Below are positions 27,204 through 37,223 of a stretch of DNA of 64,000 bases, in pieces. A program made the position numbers and the translations under genes. Source of the DNA: Anaerolineales bacterium (GTDB lineage: Bacteria; Chloroflexota; Anaerolineae; Anaerolineales; RBG-16-64-43). Numbering within the stretch: position 1 is the first letter of the stretch; the number at the start of each line of letters is the position of its first letter. The stretch is taken from the NCBI GenBank assembly GCA_034430775.1, contig DAOUDU010000248.1, forward strand, positions 16,120 to 80,119. The letters run 5' to 3'. The notes beneath the pieces are model-generated. The model saw only the letters and a program-made list of their open reading frames with translations, was not told where the DNA came from and did not search any database.

Positions 27204-28034
27204 TCATCCGACGGAGTGCTTCCCGCGCGCCGTCCATACCGCCTGAAGAGCGGGTAAGTCGTCAATCACCCATGTTGGGCGAATCCCGCTTTTTCCAAGC
27301 TCTTTGCGGCTGGTGACACCGGTCAGAATTAAAAGGCTTTTCAACCCGGCATTTGTCGCCCCAAGAATATCGGTTTCCAGCCGGTCGCCCACAGCGGCGA
27401 CCCGCGCCTTGGGCAACCCAAGCCGGGCCACCGCCATTTGCATGATGGCCGGATACGGTTTCCCGATTATCTTTGGCTGGATGCCGCTGGCTGCGGTCAG
27501 CGCGGCCAGAATCGCCCCGTTCCCGTGCGCGATACCCCGTTCCGTTGGGAAGGTGACATCGCCGTTGGTGCCGATGAAGCGCGCACCGCGGTGCAGAGTA
27601 ATTGTGGCATTGGCGAGTTTGTCCCAGGTCAGGTTACGGTCCATTCCGCAGATGACATATTCCGCATTCAGCGAGTCCGTCGCCACCTGCACCCCGGCCG
27701 ATTCCACCGCTCGGATCAGGCCTTCCTCGCCGATAACATACGCGCGTTCTCCCGGCCGGCAAACGGATTTTAAATACTCCGCGGTCGCCGTGGCCGAGGT
27801 GAGGATCTCCTCCGGCGCAATCGCAACCCCCATCCGCGCAAGTTTTTGTATGTAGCTTGCGATCGTCAGGCTTGCATTGTTGGTGGCAAGGACGAAACGG
27901 ATCCCCCGTTCACGCAGGAAATGGAAAAAATCCGGCATCCCCGGGAGGGGAGACTCTCCCGCCCAAAGGACTCCGTCCATATCCAAGATTAAGCCGCGCA
28001 ATGCGGAGAGGTCCGGGGACTTGGGCGCGGGCAT
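27204..28034 (-). CDS. HAD-IIA family hydrolase (NagD-like sugar phosphatase)
   Basis: ORF trimmed to MPAPKSPDL (ATG at complement 28032-28034). LILDMDGVLW motif I, LATNNAS, GDRLETDILG motif IV. Confidence 0.75.
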   Translation of the reverse strand: MPAPKSPDLSALRGLILDMDGVLWAGESPLPGMPDFFHFLRERGIRFVLATNNASLTIASYIQKLARMGVAIAPEEILTSATATAEYLKSVCRPGERAYVIGEEGLIRAVESAGVQVATDSLNAEYVICGMDRNLTWDKLANATITLHRGARFIGTNGDVTFPTERGIAHGNGAILAALTAASGIQPKIIGKPYPAIMQMAVARLGLPKARVAAVGDRLETDILGATNAGLKSLLILTGVTSRKELGKSGIRPTWVIDDLPALQAVWTARGKHSVG

Positions 28035-28047
28035 GGTTGCGGCGCGC

Positions 28048-28698
28048 CTACTTGGCGCTCTTGGCCGCCTTATCCGGCTTTTCCGTACTGAGCACCTGGT
28101 CGACGAATCCGTACGTGATCGCGGCTTGGGCATCAAGGTAGAAGTCCCTTTCCGTATCGCGTTCGATGACTTCCAGTGGCTGGCCGGTATGCTTTACGAG
28201 AATCTGATTAAGCGCGCTTCGCAGGCGCAGGATCTCCTTGGCCTGGATTTCCACATCGGTGGCCTGCCCCTGGGCGCCGCCCAGCGGCTGATGGACATGG
28301 ATTGTGGCATGGGGCAGCGCGAAGCGGAAGCCCTTGGTTCCCGCCGCCAGCAGAACGGTTCCAAACGACGCCGTAACCCCGATGGCGTACGTATAGATGG
28401 GGTTGGTCATCTGGACCTGCTGCATCGTATCGTAGATGGCCAAGCCGGAATAAACCTGCCCTCCGGGGCTGTTGATATACATGTGGATTTCTCTTTCGGA
28501 ATCCTCTTTTTTAAGAAACAGCAGTTCCGCCACAATCAGGTTGGCGACGACGTCATTGATCGGCGTGCCCACGAAGATGATTCGTTCCTTCAAGAGCAGG
28601 GAAAAAATATCATAGGCGCGCTCGCCGCGGGCATTGGTTTCAATAATATGGGGCACGAAGATCGGCACACCTTCGGAAGACGGTTCATTTATCGGCAT
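28048..28698 (-). CDS. clpP: ATP-dependent Clp protease proteolytic subunit
   Basis: 216 aa. [23 protein letters not shown], catalytic His context IHVHQPLGG. Confidence 0.95.
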   Translation of the reverse strand: MPINEPSSEGVPIFVPHIIETNARGERAYDIFSLLLKERIIFVGTPINDVVANLIVAELLFLKKEDSEREIHMYINSPGGQVYSGLAIYDTMQQVQMTNPIYTYAIGVTASFGTVLLAAGTKGFRFALPHATIHVHQPLGGAQGQATDVEIQAKEILRLRSALNQILVKHTGQPLEVIERDTERDFYLDAQAAITYGFVDQVLSTEKPDKAAKSAK

Positions 28699-28724
28699 GT
28701 TTTTCCTCCAAGGGAATACGGGTT

Positions 28725-30053
28725 CTAGGATTCCGGGAGCGCCGGAGCCGCGCCTTTTCCGATTTCAACCACCCGCTGGACGATTAAGCGCGACATCACG
28801 TCGTTGGCGGCCAGTTGGCGCAGCGTTTCTTCCATCGATTGCTTGTTCTTGTTTTTCCCGGTGCTTTCGGCAAACACCGATTGATAGACTTCGACCTGTT
28901 TGTTAATGGCTTCCTCGGACGGTTCAAGCTTTTCCTTTTTCACCAGTTCCGTCAGGAGCAGGCGGCGGATGAGTTTCCGGCGGGCATCCGGTTCGAGCTG
29001 CGCCCGCAAGCCTTTCATTCCTTCCGGAACGGTCCGCAGATATACCTCCAGAGAGGTTTTCCGCTGTTCCAGCCGGCGCGCCAGGGTCTGAATCTCTTCG
29101 TCGATTTCCTCTTCGAGCATCGCCGGCGGAAAAGTGATGGACGACCCCTCGATCATTTTTTCGATCACGCTGTCCGCGTATTCTTCCTCTTTGGATTCCA
29201 CCGCCCGATTCTCGAGGCGTGAACGCACTTCACTGCGCAGCTCATCGACCGTGCTGAATTTACTAACCGCCTTTACCAAATCCTCGTTCCAATCCGGAAG
29301 CTTCCGGATCTTTACGCCCAGGCACTTGACGGTCAGCTGGGCTTGCAGGCCTTTCAGACGGGCGATCGGGAAGCTGTCCGGAAACTGGACCGCAACGGTC
29401 CGGGTTTCACCTTCGGAGATTCCCTCCAGCGCCGGTCCAGCGCCGGGGTAGCGCCCGCCGAGATTGTCATCGAGATCCAAATCCTGCGGGTTGGTCTCGC
29501 CCTCGAACGTCAGCGGCTGGAGTTTGCCGTCTGGGGACAGAATTCCGGCTTTTAAATCGACCGTCAGCACATCACCTTTTTGCGCAGGGCGCGTCACCGG
29601 CTCGAGCAGGGATTGCGACTCACGCAGTTGTTCCAACGCCCGCTCGACATCCTCATCGGGAATGGCCGGTGATTCAAACGGCACGCGTGCGGAACGGTAG
29701 TCGCTGATTTCCACGACCGGCTGCACCGGAACGAGGAATTCAAGCGTCAGCGGCCGGCGCGTGACAATCCGCTTCATGGTTCCCACGGCCGAAGGCTCGA
29801 GCTTTTCCTGCTCGAGCGCCTGGCGGTAGGCGTCGGGTCCAATCGTATCCAGCGCCTCGTCCAGAATGGCGTCCTCTCCCCAGGTCTGCAGTACAACGGA
29901 ATAGGGGGCTTTGCCTTTTCGAAATCCGGGAAAGTTCTGCTTCTCCGATATTCGCCGCGCCGCCTTTTGCATCGCGGATTCGACGGCGGCGGAATCCACC
30001 TCGACCGTGACCAATGCCTCACAGGATTCTTTCCGCTCGACCTGTATTTTCAT
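28725..30053 (-). CDS. tig: Trigger factor
   Basis: ORF 28725..30185 trimmed to [15 protein letters not shown] (ATG at complement 30051-30053; upstream codons would overlap the tRNA). [10 protein letters not shown] ribosome-binding motif. Confidence 0.9.
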   Translation of the reverse strand: MKIQVERKESCEALVTVEVDSAAVESAMQKAARRISEKQNFPGFRKGKAPYSVVLQTWGEDAILDEALDTIGPDAYRQALEQEKLEPSAVGTMKRIVTRRPLTLEFLVPVQPVVEISDYRSARVPFESPAIPDEDVERALEQLRESQSLLEPVTRPAQKGDVLTVDLKAGILSPDGKLQPLTFEGETNPQDLDLDDNLGGRYPGAGPALEGISEGETRTVAVQFPDSFPIARLKGLQAQLTVKCLGVKIRKLPDWNEDLVKAVSKFSTVDELRSEVRSRLENRAVESKEEEYADSVIEKMIEGSSITFPPAMLEEEIDEEIQTLARRLEQRKTSLEVYLRTVPEGMKGLRAQLEPDARRKLIRRLLLTELVKKEKLEPSEEAINKQVEVYQSVFAESTGKNKNKQSMEETLRQLAANDVMSRLIVQRVVEIGKGAAPALPES

Positions 30054-30109
30054 GAAAAAGGGGTTCCTTCCTATGGAAAAATCACACATCCGGCTTTCCG
30101 GAATGGGTG

Positions 30110-30191
30110 TGGGGAAGGAGGGACTTGAACCCTCACGCCTTGCGGCACATGATCCTAAGTCATGCCTGTCTGCCAGTTCCAGCACTTCCCC
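30110..30191 (-). tRNA. tRNA-Leu, anticodon UAG
   Basis: Reverse complement is GGGGAAGTGCTGGAACTGGCAGACAGGCATGACTTAGGATCATGTGCCGCAAGGCGTGAGGGTTCAAGTCCCTCCTTCCCCA. 7-bp acceptor GGGGAAG/CTTCCCC, anticodon loop CTTAGGA, long variable arm, GGTTCAAGTCC T-loop. CCA is not encoded. Confidence 0.9.
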
Positions 30192-30235
30192 GGCGGCCGG
30201 ATTATAGCGCGAGGGGGATTTTCAGGAAAGATGCG

Positions 30236-30264
30236 TTGACACGCCTTTGCGCATCCCGTATCAT
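30236..30264 (+). promoter_or_regulatory. Candidate gyrA promoter
   Basis: -35 TTGACA (30236-30241), 17-nt spacer, -10 TATCAT (30259-30264). Confidence 0.5.
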
Positions 30265-30335
30265 TCCCCCGCCGGTCGCTCCCTCTTCCGCCGGCATGTT
30301 CTCATCTCCGCCGACCCTGCCATTGCGAGGTACAT

Positions 30336-32873
30336 GTGAAGACAATTCCTGGGACCGTTCGAAAAGTGGATATCGACCAAGAAGTTCAGCAATCCTATCT
30401 GGATTATGCAATGAGTGTGATTGTGGCGCGGGCGCTGCCGGATGCGCGCGATGGATTGAAGCCCGTCCAACGGCGTATCCTCTTTGCGATGAACGATATG
30501 AGCCTCTCGGCATCGAATGCCTATAAGAAATCCGCCCGCATCGTCGGGGAAGTGCTGGGAAAGTACCACCCGCACGGCGATATGGCGGTTTACGAAACGA
30601 TGGCCCGCATGGCGCAGGATTTTTCGATGCGCTACCTGCTGGTCGACGGCCAGGGAAATTTCGGTTCGGTGGACGGCGACCCGCCCGCGGCGATGCGGTA
30701 CACCGAAGCGCGCCTGTCCCCGCTTTCAATGGAAATCCTGACGGATCTGGAGAAGGATACCGTCGCCTATTCGCAGAATTTCGACGGGTCGCTCCGCGAG
30801 CCCGACGTCCTCCCGGCGGCTGTACCGAATTTACTGGTCAACGGAGCTACGGGCATCGCCGTCGGTATGGCAACCTCTATCCCGCCCCATAATCTGGGCG
30901 AAGTGTGCGATGCCCTGGTGTTCATGCTGCGCTCATGGACCCGGTTGGAGGAGATCTCGGTCAAGGAACTCACCCGCCACATTTCCGGTCCGGATTTCCC
31001 TACCGGCGGTCTGATCTTGGATCCGGCCGGAAGCGAGGAGGGCCTGCTTGCGGCGTACGGTTCCGGACGCGGAAAAATCACCGTCCGGGCACGAACTCAT
31101 GTGGAGGAAACCACCCGCGGACGGTCGCGGATTCTTGTCACCGAGCTGCCCTACCAGGTAAACAAGGCTGCGCTGCTCGAACGGATCGCCGATCTTGTAC
31201 GCAGCGGCACCGTCGCGGGAATCGCCGACCTGCGGGACGAATCCGACCGGCGCGGGATGCGGGTGGTGATCGACCTGTTGCGCACTTCGGACGCCCGGCA
31301 AGTCCTGCGCGACCTCTATAAGCGAACCCCGATGGAAACGACTTTCAGCATCAACCTGCTGGCGCTGGTGAACAACGAACCGCGGATGCTGACGTTGAAG
31401 CAGGCGTTGCGGGTGTTCCTGGAGCATCGGCTGGATGTCATCCGCAAACGCAGCGCGTACGACCTGGCGCGCGCCAAAGAACGCGCCCACATCCTCGAGG
31501 GGTTGCGCATCGCGCTGAAGAACCTTGACGAAGTAATCCGGCTTATCCGAGGGGCGAAGGATACTGACGATGCCCGCGCCAAACTGCGGAAGCGGTTCAA
31601 GCTGAGCGAAATCCAGGCCAACGCCATCCTGGATATGCCGCTGAAGCGGCTGGCGGCACTCGAACGCGAGAAGATTGAACTCGAATACAAGGAAAAAACC
31701 GCGTTGATCAAGCGGCTGGAAAAAGTCCTCGCCTCGCCCAAGCTCCTGCGCCAGGTGCTGGTTGACGATCTTCTTCGCGTAAAAAAACAATATGTCGATC
31801 CGCGGCGCAGCATCATCGTCCACGGCTGGGAAGCCGAGCCGAAGGCGCCGGTCACGGCCGAAACCGCCGAGCCGGTGACGGAATCCTGGATTGTCCTCCT
31901 GCGCGGCGGGGAACTCTCGCGCCTTGCCGCAACCAAACCTCCAGCGGTATATGCGAAGAACCCACCCCGGTTTATCGTAAAAGCCTCCTCGCGGGATATC
32001 CTTTACCTTTTCACCGAGAAAGGCCGCGCAGCTTCGATCCCGGTTCATACCATCCCCGCGCGTGAGGACCCCAAGGACGGCGTCCCGTTCTCCACGCTTT
32101 GCGCGCTGGAAGCCCGCAGCCGGGTGAGAGCCGGATTGGCTGTCTCACCCGCCGAGGCGGGATCGGGCGAGGACACCCGCTCGATATTATTGTCCACCCA
32201 CAAAGGATTGGTGAAGAAAACACTGGTTCAAGATCTGCCGGGGTCGTCGTCGCAGGTGCTTCAGGCGATGAAAGTTGCGCCGGAAGACTCCGTTGGCTGG
32301 GCTCTTCTGCTTACCGGGAAGTCTGAAATTTTACTGGCGACCAGCACCGGGATGAGCATCCGCTTCCGCGAGAACGAGATCCGTCCGACCGGATGGGGTA
32401 CATCCGGGGTAATGGGGATCCGCCTTACGCGTCCCGACGAGCAAATCGTCATGACCGCCGCACCCGCGGCCCGCGAGGATATCCTGCTTGTCTCGGATAC
32501 CGGACAGGCCAAACGGACGCCCGCCGCGCAATATCCGGTCCAGGGACGTTACGGTGTGGGAATCGCCACCTGGAAGACCGGTGTAAAAACGCGGCTGCTC
32601 GGTGGATTTTCCGGGACGCAGCAGGATAAGCTGGCGCTGGTTTGGAAGGACGGACAATCCAGGGTGCTCTCCCTGGACGAAGTTCCGAAGCGCGGACGCC
32701 CGGGAGTCGGGAAATCGATCATTCCGAAGAAAATGGCAGGCATTCTGGATGCAGTCGTCCCGATCCTTATTAAGAGCAAACCGGCTTCAAAAAGGAAGAA
32801 GAAGCCGTCCAAGCCTGTCCGTAAGCCGGTGCGGAAATCCGTGAAGAAAATAAAGCGCCGGAAGAAGAAATGA
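30336..32873 (+). CDS. gyrA: DNA gyrase subunit A with Lys/Arg-rich C-terminal tail
   Basis: 845 aa, GTG start with [45 protein letters not shown]. Tail is [33 protein letters not shown]. Confidence 0.95.
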   Translation: MKTIPGTVRKVDIDQEVQQSYLDYAMSVIVARALPDARDGLKPVQRRILFAMNDMSLSASNAYKKSARIVGEVLGKYHPHGDMAVYETMARMAQDFSMRYLLVDGQGNFGSVDGDPPAAMRYTEARLSPLSMEILTDLEKDTVAYSQNFDGSLREPDVLPAAVPNLLVNGATGIAVGMATSIPPHNLGEVCDALVFMLRSWTRLEEISVKELTRHISGPDFPTGGLILDPAGSEEGLLAAYGSGRGKITVRARTHVEETTRGRSRILVTELPYQVNKAALLERIADLVRSGTVAGIADLRDESDRRGMRVVIDLLRTSDARQVLRDLYKRTPMETTFSINLLALVNNEPRMLTLKQALRVFLEHRLDVIRKRSAYDLARAKERAHILEGLRIALKNLDEVIRLIRGAKDTDDARAKLRKRFKLSEIQANAILDMPLKRLAALEREKIELEYKEKTALIKRLEKVLASPKLLRQVLVDDLLRVKKQYVDPRRSIIVHGWEAEPKAPVTAETAEPVTESWIVLLRGGELSRLAATKPPAVYAKNPPRFIVKASSRDILYLFTEKGRAASIPVHTIPAREDPKDGVPFSTLCALEARSRVRAGLAVSPAEAGSGEDTRSILLSTHKGLVKKTLVQDLPGSSSQVLQAMKVAPEDSVGWALLLTGKSEILLATSTGMSIRFRENEIRPTGWGTSGVMGIRLTRPDEQIVMTAAPAAREDILLVSDTGQAKRTPAAQYPVQGRYGVGIATWKTGVKTRLLGGFSGTQQDKLALVWKDGQSRVLSLDEVPKRGRPGVGKSIIPKKMAGILDAVVPILIKSKPASKRKKKPSKPVRKPVRKSVKKIKRRKKK

Positions 32874-32929
32874 GTGGCTCCAGTTCGATTTACCGGATTG
32901 TTGAAGAAGGAATGTATTGGAAATGACCG

Positions 32930-34369
32930 ATGAAGAAACCGTCTGACATTCTAAAAACCGTCAAGTGTTTTATCCGGCGTAAAGAGCTCTTCGGCCCGGG
33001 GGAAAAGATCCTCGCGGCCGTCTCCGGCGGCGCCGACAGCCTTTGTCTGGCGCTGGTGGTAAAGCAATTGGGTTATCCTCTTCACATCGCCCATTTTGAT
33101 CACTGTTTGCGGCCGGAAAGCGGCCGGGAGGCCGAGATGGTTTGCCGGGCGGCGGAGCGGCTGGGCATTCCCTTCAGCCTCGGGCGGGGGGATGTGTCCA
33201 GCCATGCCGCCCGGAACCGGATGACAACGGAGGAGGCGGCCAGAGACCTGCGGTATGCGTTCCTGCTGCAAACGGCAAAGACATTGCGCATCACCACAAT
33301 CGCCACCGGCCATACTCTGGACGATCAGGCAGAAACCATCCTGATGCATCTTATCCGCGGATCGGGATTGAAAGGGCTTGGCGGAATACGGCCGGCCGGG
33401 ACGGTTCCCTTACCTCTTAAAAATGCTGTCGATGCAGCTGTCCGCATCGTCCGCCCGTTGTTGTGTTTGACGCATGCGGATACCAGCGGGTATTGCGCGC
33501 AAGAGGATTGGACTCCCCTCGACGATCCAACCAATCGGGATTCCGCGTTCACCCGCAACAGAATCCGGCTGGAATTATTACCGCTTCTGAAGGAGTACAA
33601 CGCATCGATCATCGAGGTATTGGCGCGGCTTGCGGAAGTTGCCCGCGCGCAGGATGATTTCCTCGCGAAAACCGCAGACAATTTATGGAAAAAATCATCC
33701 GTCGAATTGGCACCGGGATTGGTGCGATTCCCGTTGAAAATTTTCCGGAGCGAATCGGTGGCCGTCCGGCAGTCGCTTCTCCGGCGCGCTGTACAGCATT
33801 TGACAGGTACGCTGGAAGATCTGGCTTTTCAGCAGGTGGAACGCGTTCTGGAATTTGTAGGAACTCCATCCGGTCCACATCGGATGGACCTGGCGCTTGG
33901 CGTTGGTGTATCGATTGAACGAGAATGGCTGGTGTTCCGATTTCAAGCGGATTTGCCCGAAGCGCCGGAATGGGAAGCAGCCGAGCTTCCATGTCCTGGG
34001 AGCTTCTCTATCCATTACCCCGAATGGAGAATCGTCACTTCGTTCTCGGAACTTCCCAGGCCTGCGCAGATGGAACCGGCAGCCGGTCCATGGAATATCT
34101 GGATTGATGCGGACTGCATCCGACCGCCATTGTCACTTCGGAAGCGAAAAACGGGAGATTTATTCCTTCCGACGGGCATGGCGGAGCCCGTTTCCCTGAA
34201 CGGGTTCCTCTCCTCCCATCACCTATCCTTAAGCGAAAGGGATCATTGGCCGCTCGTTTGCGATGCGGAAGGAATTATCTGGATACCGGGGTACCGCCTG
34301 AAAAAGGGAATTGCTCCATCTGAAGGAACCCGTCGATTCATAAGGATTAATATTGACCGGTTCGAATGA
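32930..34369 (+). CDS. tilS: tRNA(Ile)-lysidine synthase
   Basis: 479 aa. AAVSGGADSLCLA PP-loop, ATGHTLDDQAETILMHLIRG. Confidence 0.9.
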   Translation: MKKPSDILKTVKCFIRRKELFGPGEKILAAVSGGADSLCLALVVKQLGYPLHIAHFDHCLRPESGREAEMVCRAAERLGIPFSLGRGDVSSHAARNRMTTEEAARDLRYAFLLQTAKTLRITTIATGHTLDDQAETILMHLIRGSGLKGLGGIRPAGTVPLPLKNAVDAAVRIVRPLLCLTHADTSGYCAQEDWTPLDDPTNRDSAFTRNRIRLELLPLLKEYNASIIEVLARLAEVARAQDDFLAKTADNLWKKSSVELAPGLVRFPLKIFRSESVAVRQSLLRRAVQHLTGTLEDLAFQQVERVLEFVGTPSGPHRMDLALGVGVSIEREWLVFRFQADLPEAPEWEAAELPCPGSFSIHYPEWRIVTSFSELPRPAQMEPAAGPWNIWIDADCIRPPLSLRKRKTGDLFLPTGMAEPVSLNGFLSSHHLSLSERDHWPLVCDAEGIIWIPGYRLKKGIAPSEGTRRFIRINIDRFE

Positions 34370-34736
34370 TTTTCGATGCCAACTGTATCATTTAGCATTT
34401 AAAATAAATCGATTGGAATGATCAACCGCCAGACTTAATTTATATTCAAAAATAGGTGGAAAAAAGCACAAATAGGTAGACTATGCGAAAAATATCCTGA
34501 AATCGGGTTTTCTGATCTTTGCACGAAGACGAGTAAGGAAAGGAGTTTTTTTCAAATGAACTGAACGGGTTTCGGAAGGGGGGAGACGGGGGAAATCCGA
34601 TATTGTGCAGCGATGTATAAATGGAATCCCGATTAACTTTTCACAGAGTGCAACAGGCCTTCACTGTTTGTTAAAAAAAGTTTTTTCGCCTGTGAAAAAA
34701 GCTTTCGCAAACGGAGTCCGGATTATTAAAACGAAA

Positions 34737-34782
34737 CCGGGGTGAGAATCCTGCCCAATCCTTCACCCCGGTGCGATATAAC
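34737..34782 (-). terminator. Intrinsic terminator of the Zn-ribbon/K-rich gene
   Basis: ccggggtga (34747-34755) pairs with tcaccccgg (34773-34781). On the minus strand the hairpin is followed by tttcgtttt. Confidence 0.7.
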
Positions 34783-34800
34783 CTAAAGTGCATGGCCGTT

Positions 34801-35484
34801 TTATTTTCGGCTCTTTTTCTTTGTGCTCTTCTTGATGACTTTCTTGGCTTTCTTGACGGGTTTCTTCGCGGCCTTCTTGACCGGTTTCTTAATAGCTTTT
34901 TTAACGGGTTTCTTCGCGGCCTTCTTAACCGGTTTCTTTGCGGCCTTCTTGACTTTCTTGACAGGTTTCTTTGCGGCTTTCTTTACTTTTTTAACCGGCT
35001 TCTTTGTGACTTTCTTTGGCTTCTTTACGACCTTCTTGACAACCGGTTTGGGTGAAACCGGCGCGGGAGCCGGGAGCTCAATAATGGGCATAGGCATAGC
35101 TATAGGTGCAGGCTTGGGAGCCTCCGGCTGAGGAGTCACCGGTTGGGGATACGCCGGCTGGGGAACCGCAGGCTTGGGGGCCTCCGGCTCGGGAGCCGCA
35201 GGCTCGACGGGCGGAAAAGGAGCGGGAATGTCTGTCATTGGCTTCTTGTCCTCCTGAAAGGATTGGCTGTGAATGGGTGTCGAGAACGTGGCAGGGGCAC
35301 TCAAAGGTGCATGATGGCGCAATTGATCCACAGGTATCTTCAGCGCCTTTCGGCACCGTGGGCAGTGTTCAACGTGATGCCTTGCCTGTGTGGCATCCGC
35401 GGCGGCGAGGGCAGACGCAACCGCATCGGAACTCATCTGAAAAGCACAACTGCAATATTGGCATCTCCACGAAAACGCTGACAT
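34801..35484 (-). CDS. Zn-ribbon protein with Pro-rich linker and histone-H1-like KKPVKKAA-repeat tail
   Basis: ORF 34801..35760 trimmed to MSAFSWRCQYC (ATG at complement 35482-35484, perfect AGGAGG SD 5 nt upstream). CQYC...CPRC. PEPEAPKPAVPQP linker. 82-aa Lys-rich C-terminus. Confidence 0.65.
   Translation of the reverse strand: MSAFSWRCQYCSCAFQMSSDAVASALAAADATQARHHVEHCPRCRKALKIPVDQLRHHAPLSAPATFSTPIHSQSFQEDKKPMTDIPAPFPPVEPAAPEPEAPKPAVPQPAYPQPVTPQPEAPKPAPIAMPMPIIELPAPAPVSPKPVVKKVVKKPKKVTKKPVKKVKKAAKKPVKKVKKAAKKPVKKAAKKPVKKAIKKPVKKAAKKPVKKAKKVIKKSTKKKSRK
34804..35049. repeat. Imperfect tandem DNA repeat (24- and 33-nt periods) encoding the KKPVKK(V/A)(K/A)... tail
   Basis: Recurrent cttcttgac(c/g)ggtttcttcgcggc units on the plus strand. 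Lies entirely inside the CDS. Confidence 0.85.
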
Positions 35485-35801
35485 CAACGCCTCCTGTGTG
35501 TTTCCAATATACACAAAATTACCAGAAATGCAAATGCCAAAAAGGAATTGTTCCATCTGGTATTCCGGCAATCTGACGGAGGCTCCTGCCCCCGTGGATT
35601 GCGTCACTCCAACCTGCTCGATGATCCCTGCCATACGATTATCCACCTTGCAGACAACTTGGCACCGGCGCCGGATCCACCATTCCGGACCCGTTGCCGG
35701 AACAGACAGGATCATAATAGCTGTCCGGGGAAAACCAATGGGATCAAATTCATATACCAATCCTTTTTGGAATAAAACCCGACCATAATTATCCGGATTT
35801 C

Positions 35802-35830
35802 TTGACAGCTCATCATTTAGACGCTACAAT
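35802..35830 (+). promoter_or_regulatory. sodA promoter
   Basis: -35 TTGACA (35802-35807), 17-nt spacer, -10 TACAAT (35825-35830), ~90 nt upstream of the ATG. Confidence 0.6.
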
Positions 35831-35926
35831 CGTTACTCTCACAGTTGAGATTCTTCGTTGAATGATATTTATTCGCACCGGAAATGGTTTTTCCGGTGTC
35901 GACGGCAAGCAGGAAGGAGCATCCTC

Positions 35927-36535
35927 ATGCCGTACGAACTCCCGCCGCTTCCGTATCCCTCCAACGCCCTCGAACCGCATATCGACGAACAAACACTCCG
36001 GCTGCATCACGACAAGCATCATAAAGCGTACATTGACGGACTGAACAATGCTGAAGCGAAACTGGCAGAAGCGCGCGAGAAGTCTGATTTTGCGCTGATC
36101 AAGCATTGGGCGCGTGAGCTTGCATTCCATGGATCGGGTCATATTCTGCACTCGCTGTACTGGTCGACAATGGCGCCGGCCGGTAAAGGCGGCGGCCAAC
36201 CTGAAGGGGAATTACTGCGGCAGATAGCTTCCGATTTCGGATCCTTCGAATTGTTCGCCAAACAGTTTTCCGCCTCGGCAGCCGCCGTGGAAGGTTCCGG
36301 CTGGGCGGTGCTGACTCTGTCGCCGATCGGCAAAAAGCTGGAAATTCTCACCGCTGAAAAGCATCAGGATCTGACTCAGTGGGGGGCAATGCCCATCTTA
36401 ACCATTGATGTTTGGGAACACGCATACTATTTGAAATATCAAAACCGCCGGGCGGAGTACATCACCGCCTGGTGGAATGTGGTTAATTGGCAGGAAGTGG
36501 CTTCCCGGTTAACCGCGGCCTTGAAGCGGATGTGA
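35927..36535 (+). CDS. sodA: Fe/Mn superoxide dismutase
   Basis: ORF trimmed to MPYELPPLPY (AGGAAGGAG SD). LHHDKHH, DVWEHAYYLKYQN. Confidence 0.95.
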   Translation: MPYELPPLPYPSNALEPHIDEQTLRLHHDKHHKAYIDGLNNAEAKLAEAREKSDFALIKHWARELAFHGSGHILHSLYWSTMAPAGKGGGQPEGELLRQIASDFGSFELFAKQFSASAAAVEGSGWAVLTLSPIGKKLEILTAEKHQDLTQWGAMPILTIDVWEHAYYLKYQNRRAEYITAWWNVVNWQEVASRLTAALKRM

Positions 36536-36612
36536 AATCCGGGAGTGGCCGGAGAAAAGAACTATCGGCAGCCCGGCTTGCTACTTCCTTTTTTTTCGGG
36601 AGGAGTTAATCC

Positions 36613-37008
36613 ATGCCCCATATCATCACCAGCCTGTGTTTGCGCGACGGGGGATGCAAAGATGTCTGCCCGGTAGATTGTATTATCCCCGGCAAGCCAG
36701 AAACCGAGTGGCCCTGGTATTACATCGATCCGGACGTCTGCATCGATTGCGGCGCCTGTGTGGCGGAATGCCCGTTCGAGGCGATCTTTCCAGACAGCGA
36801 TGTGCCCGCTGCGCATATTGCCAAAGACGGCCAGCGTCTTTCGCGTTCGGAAGGCACCGTTGCGTACGATGGCACCGACCACGACAAGAAACCGGTCCAT
36901 CTCGAACATACGATCGTGCTGAAAGCCGGAGAGACGGTTGATCTGCGGCCGGATATTCCGATCAACGCAAAATTCTTCAAAGACGGCCCCGGATACTCGG
37001 CGAAATAG
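36613..37008 (+). CDS. Ferredoxin (7Fe-type Cys pattern) with C-terminal extension
   Basis: 131 aa. CKDVCPVDCI and CIDCGACVAECP motifs. GGAGG SD. Confidence 0.85.
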   Translation: MPHIITSLCLRDGGCKDVCPVDCIIPGKPETEWPWYYIDPDVCIDCGACVAECPFEAIFPDSDVPAAHIAKDGQRLSRSEGTVAYDGTDHDKKPVHLEHTIVLKAGETVDLRPDIPINAKFFKDGPGYSAK

Positions 37009-37223
37009 AACCGAGTCGGAATCGAAAAGGGGCCCGGTCCGGTTTTAAAGTGATGAGAAAGCTGGACCTTGTCATTGCGCGGCCTGCCCCGGTTACCCCC
37101 GCTCGCGAAGTTCTTACGTCGGGAGATTGTCGGCGCTCCTCAATTTTTTTCGGTCGCCGCCATAACAAAAAAAAGTTTTTAGGGCTTGCACTGGATCTTG
37201 CATTTCCGCGCCCGGAGGAAGGC

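Noticed and set aside
28048-28698. clpP not followed by clpX
   Set aside because: Noted, but clpX is frequently encoded elsewhere, so this is not evidence of anything unusual.
30110-30191. tRNA-Leu as an integration site for a genomic island
   Set aside because: There is no integrase, no repeat of the tRNA 3' end in flanking sequence that I could see, and both flanks are core genes (tig and gyrA).
30933-32048. 371-aa ORF on the minus strand (also 31316..31936)
   Set aside because: Antisense shadow of gyrA.
34804-35049. Regularly spaced short repeats that could be taken for a CRISPR array
   Set aside because: The period is only 24-33 nt, with no unique spacers. The repeats are in frame within a CDS and encode KKPVKK units, and no cas genes are nearby.
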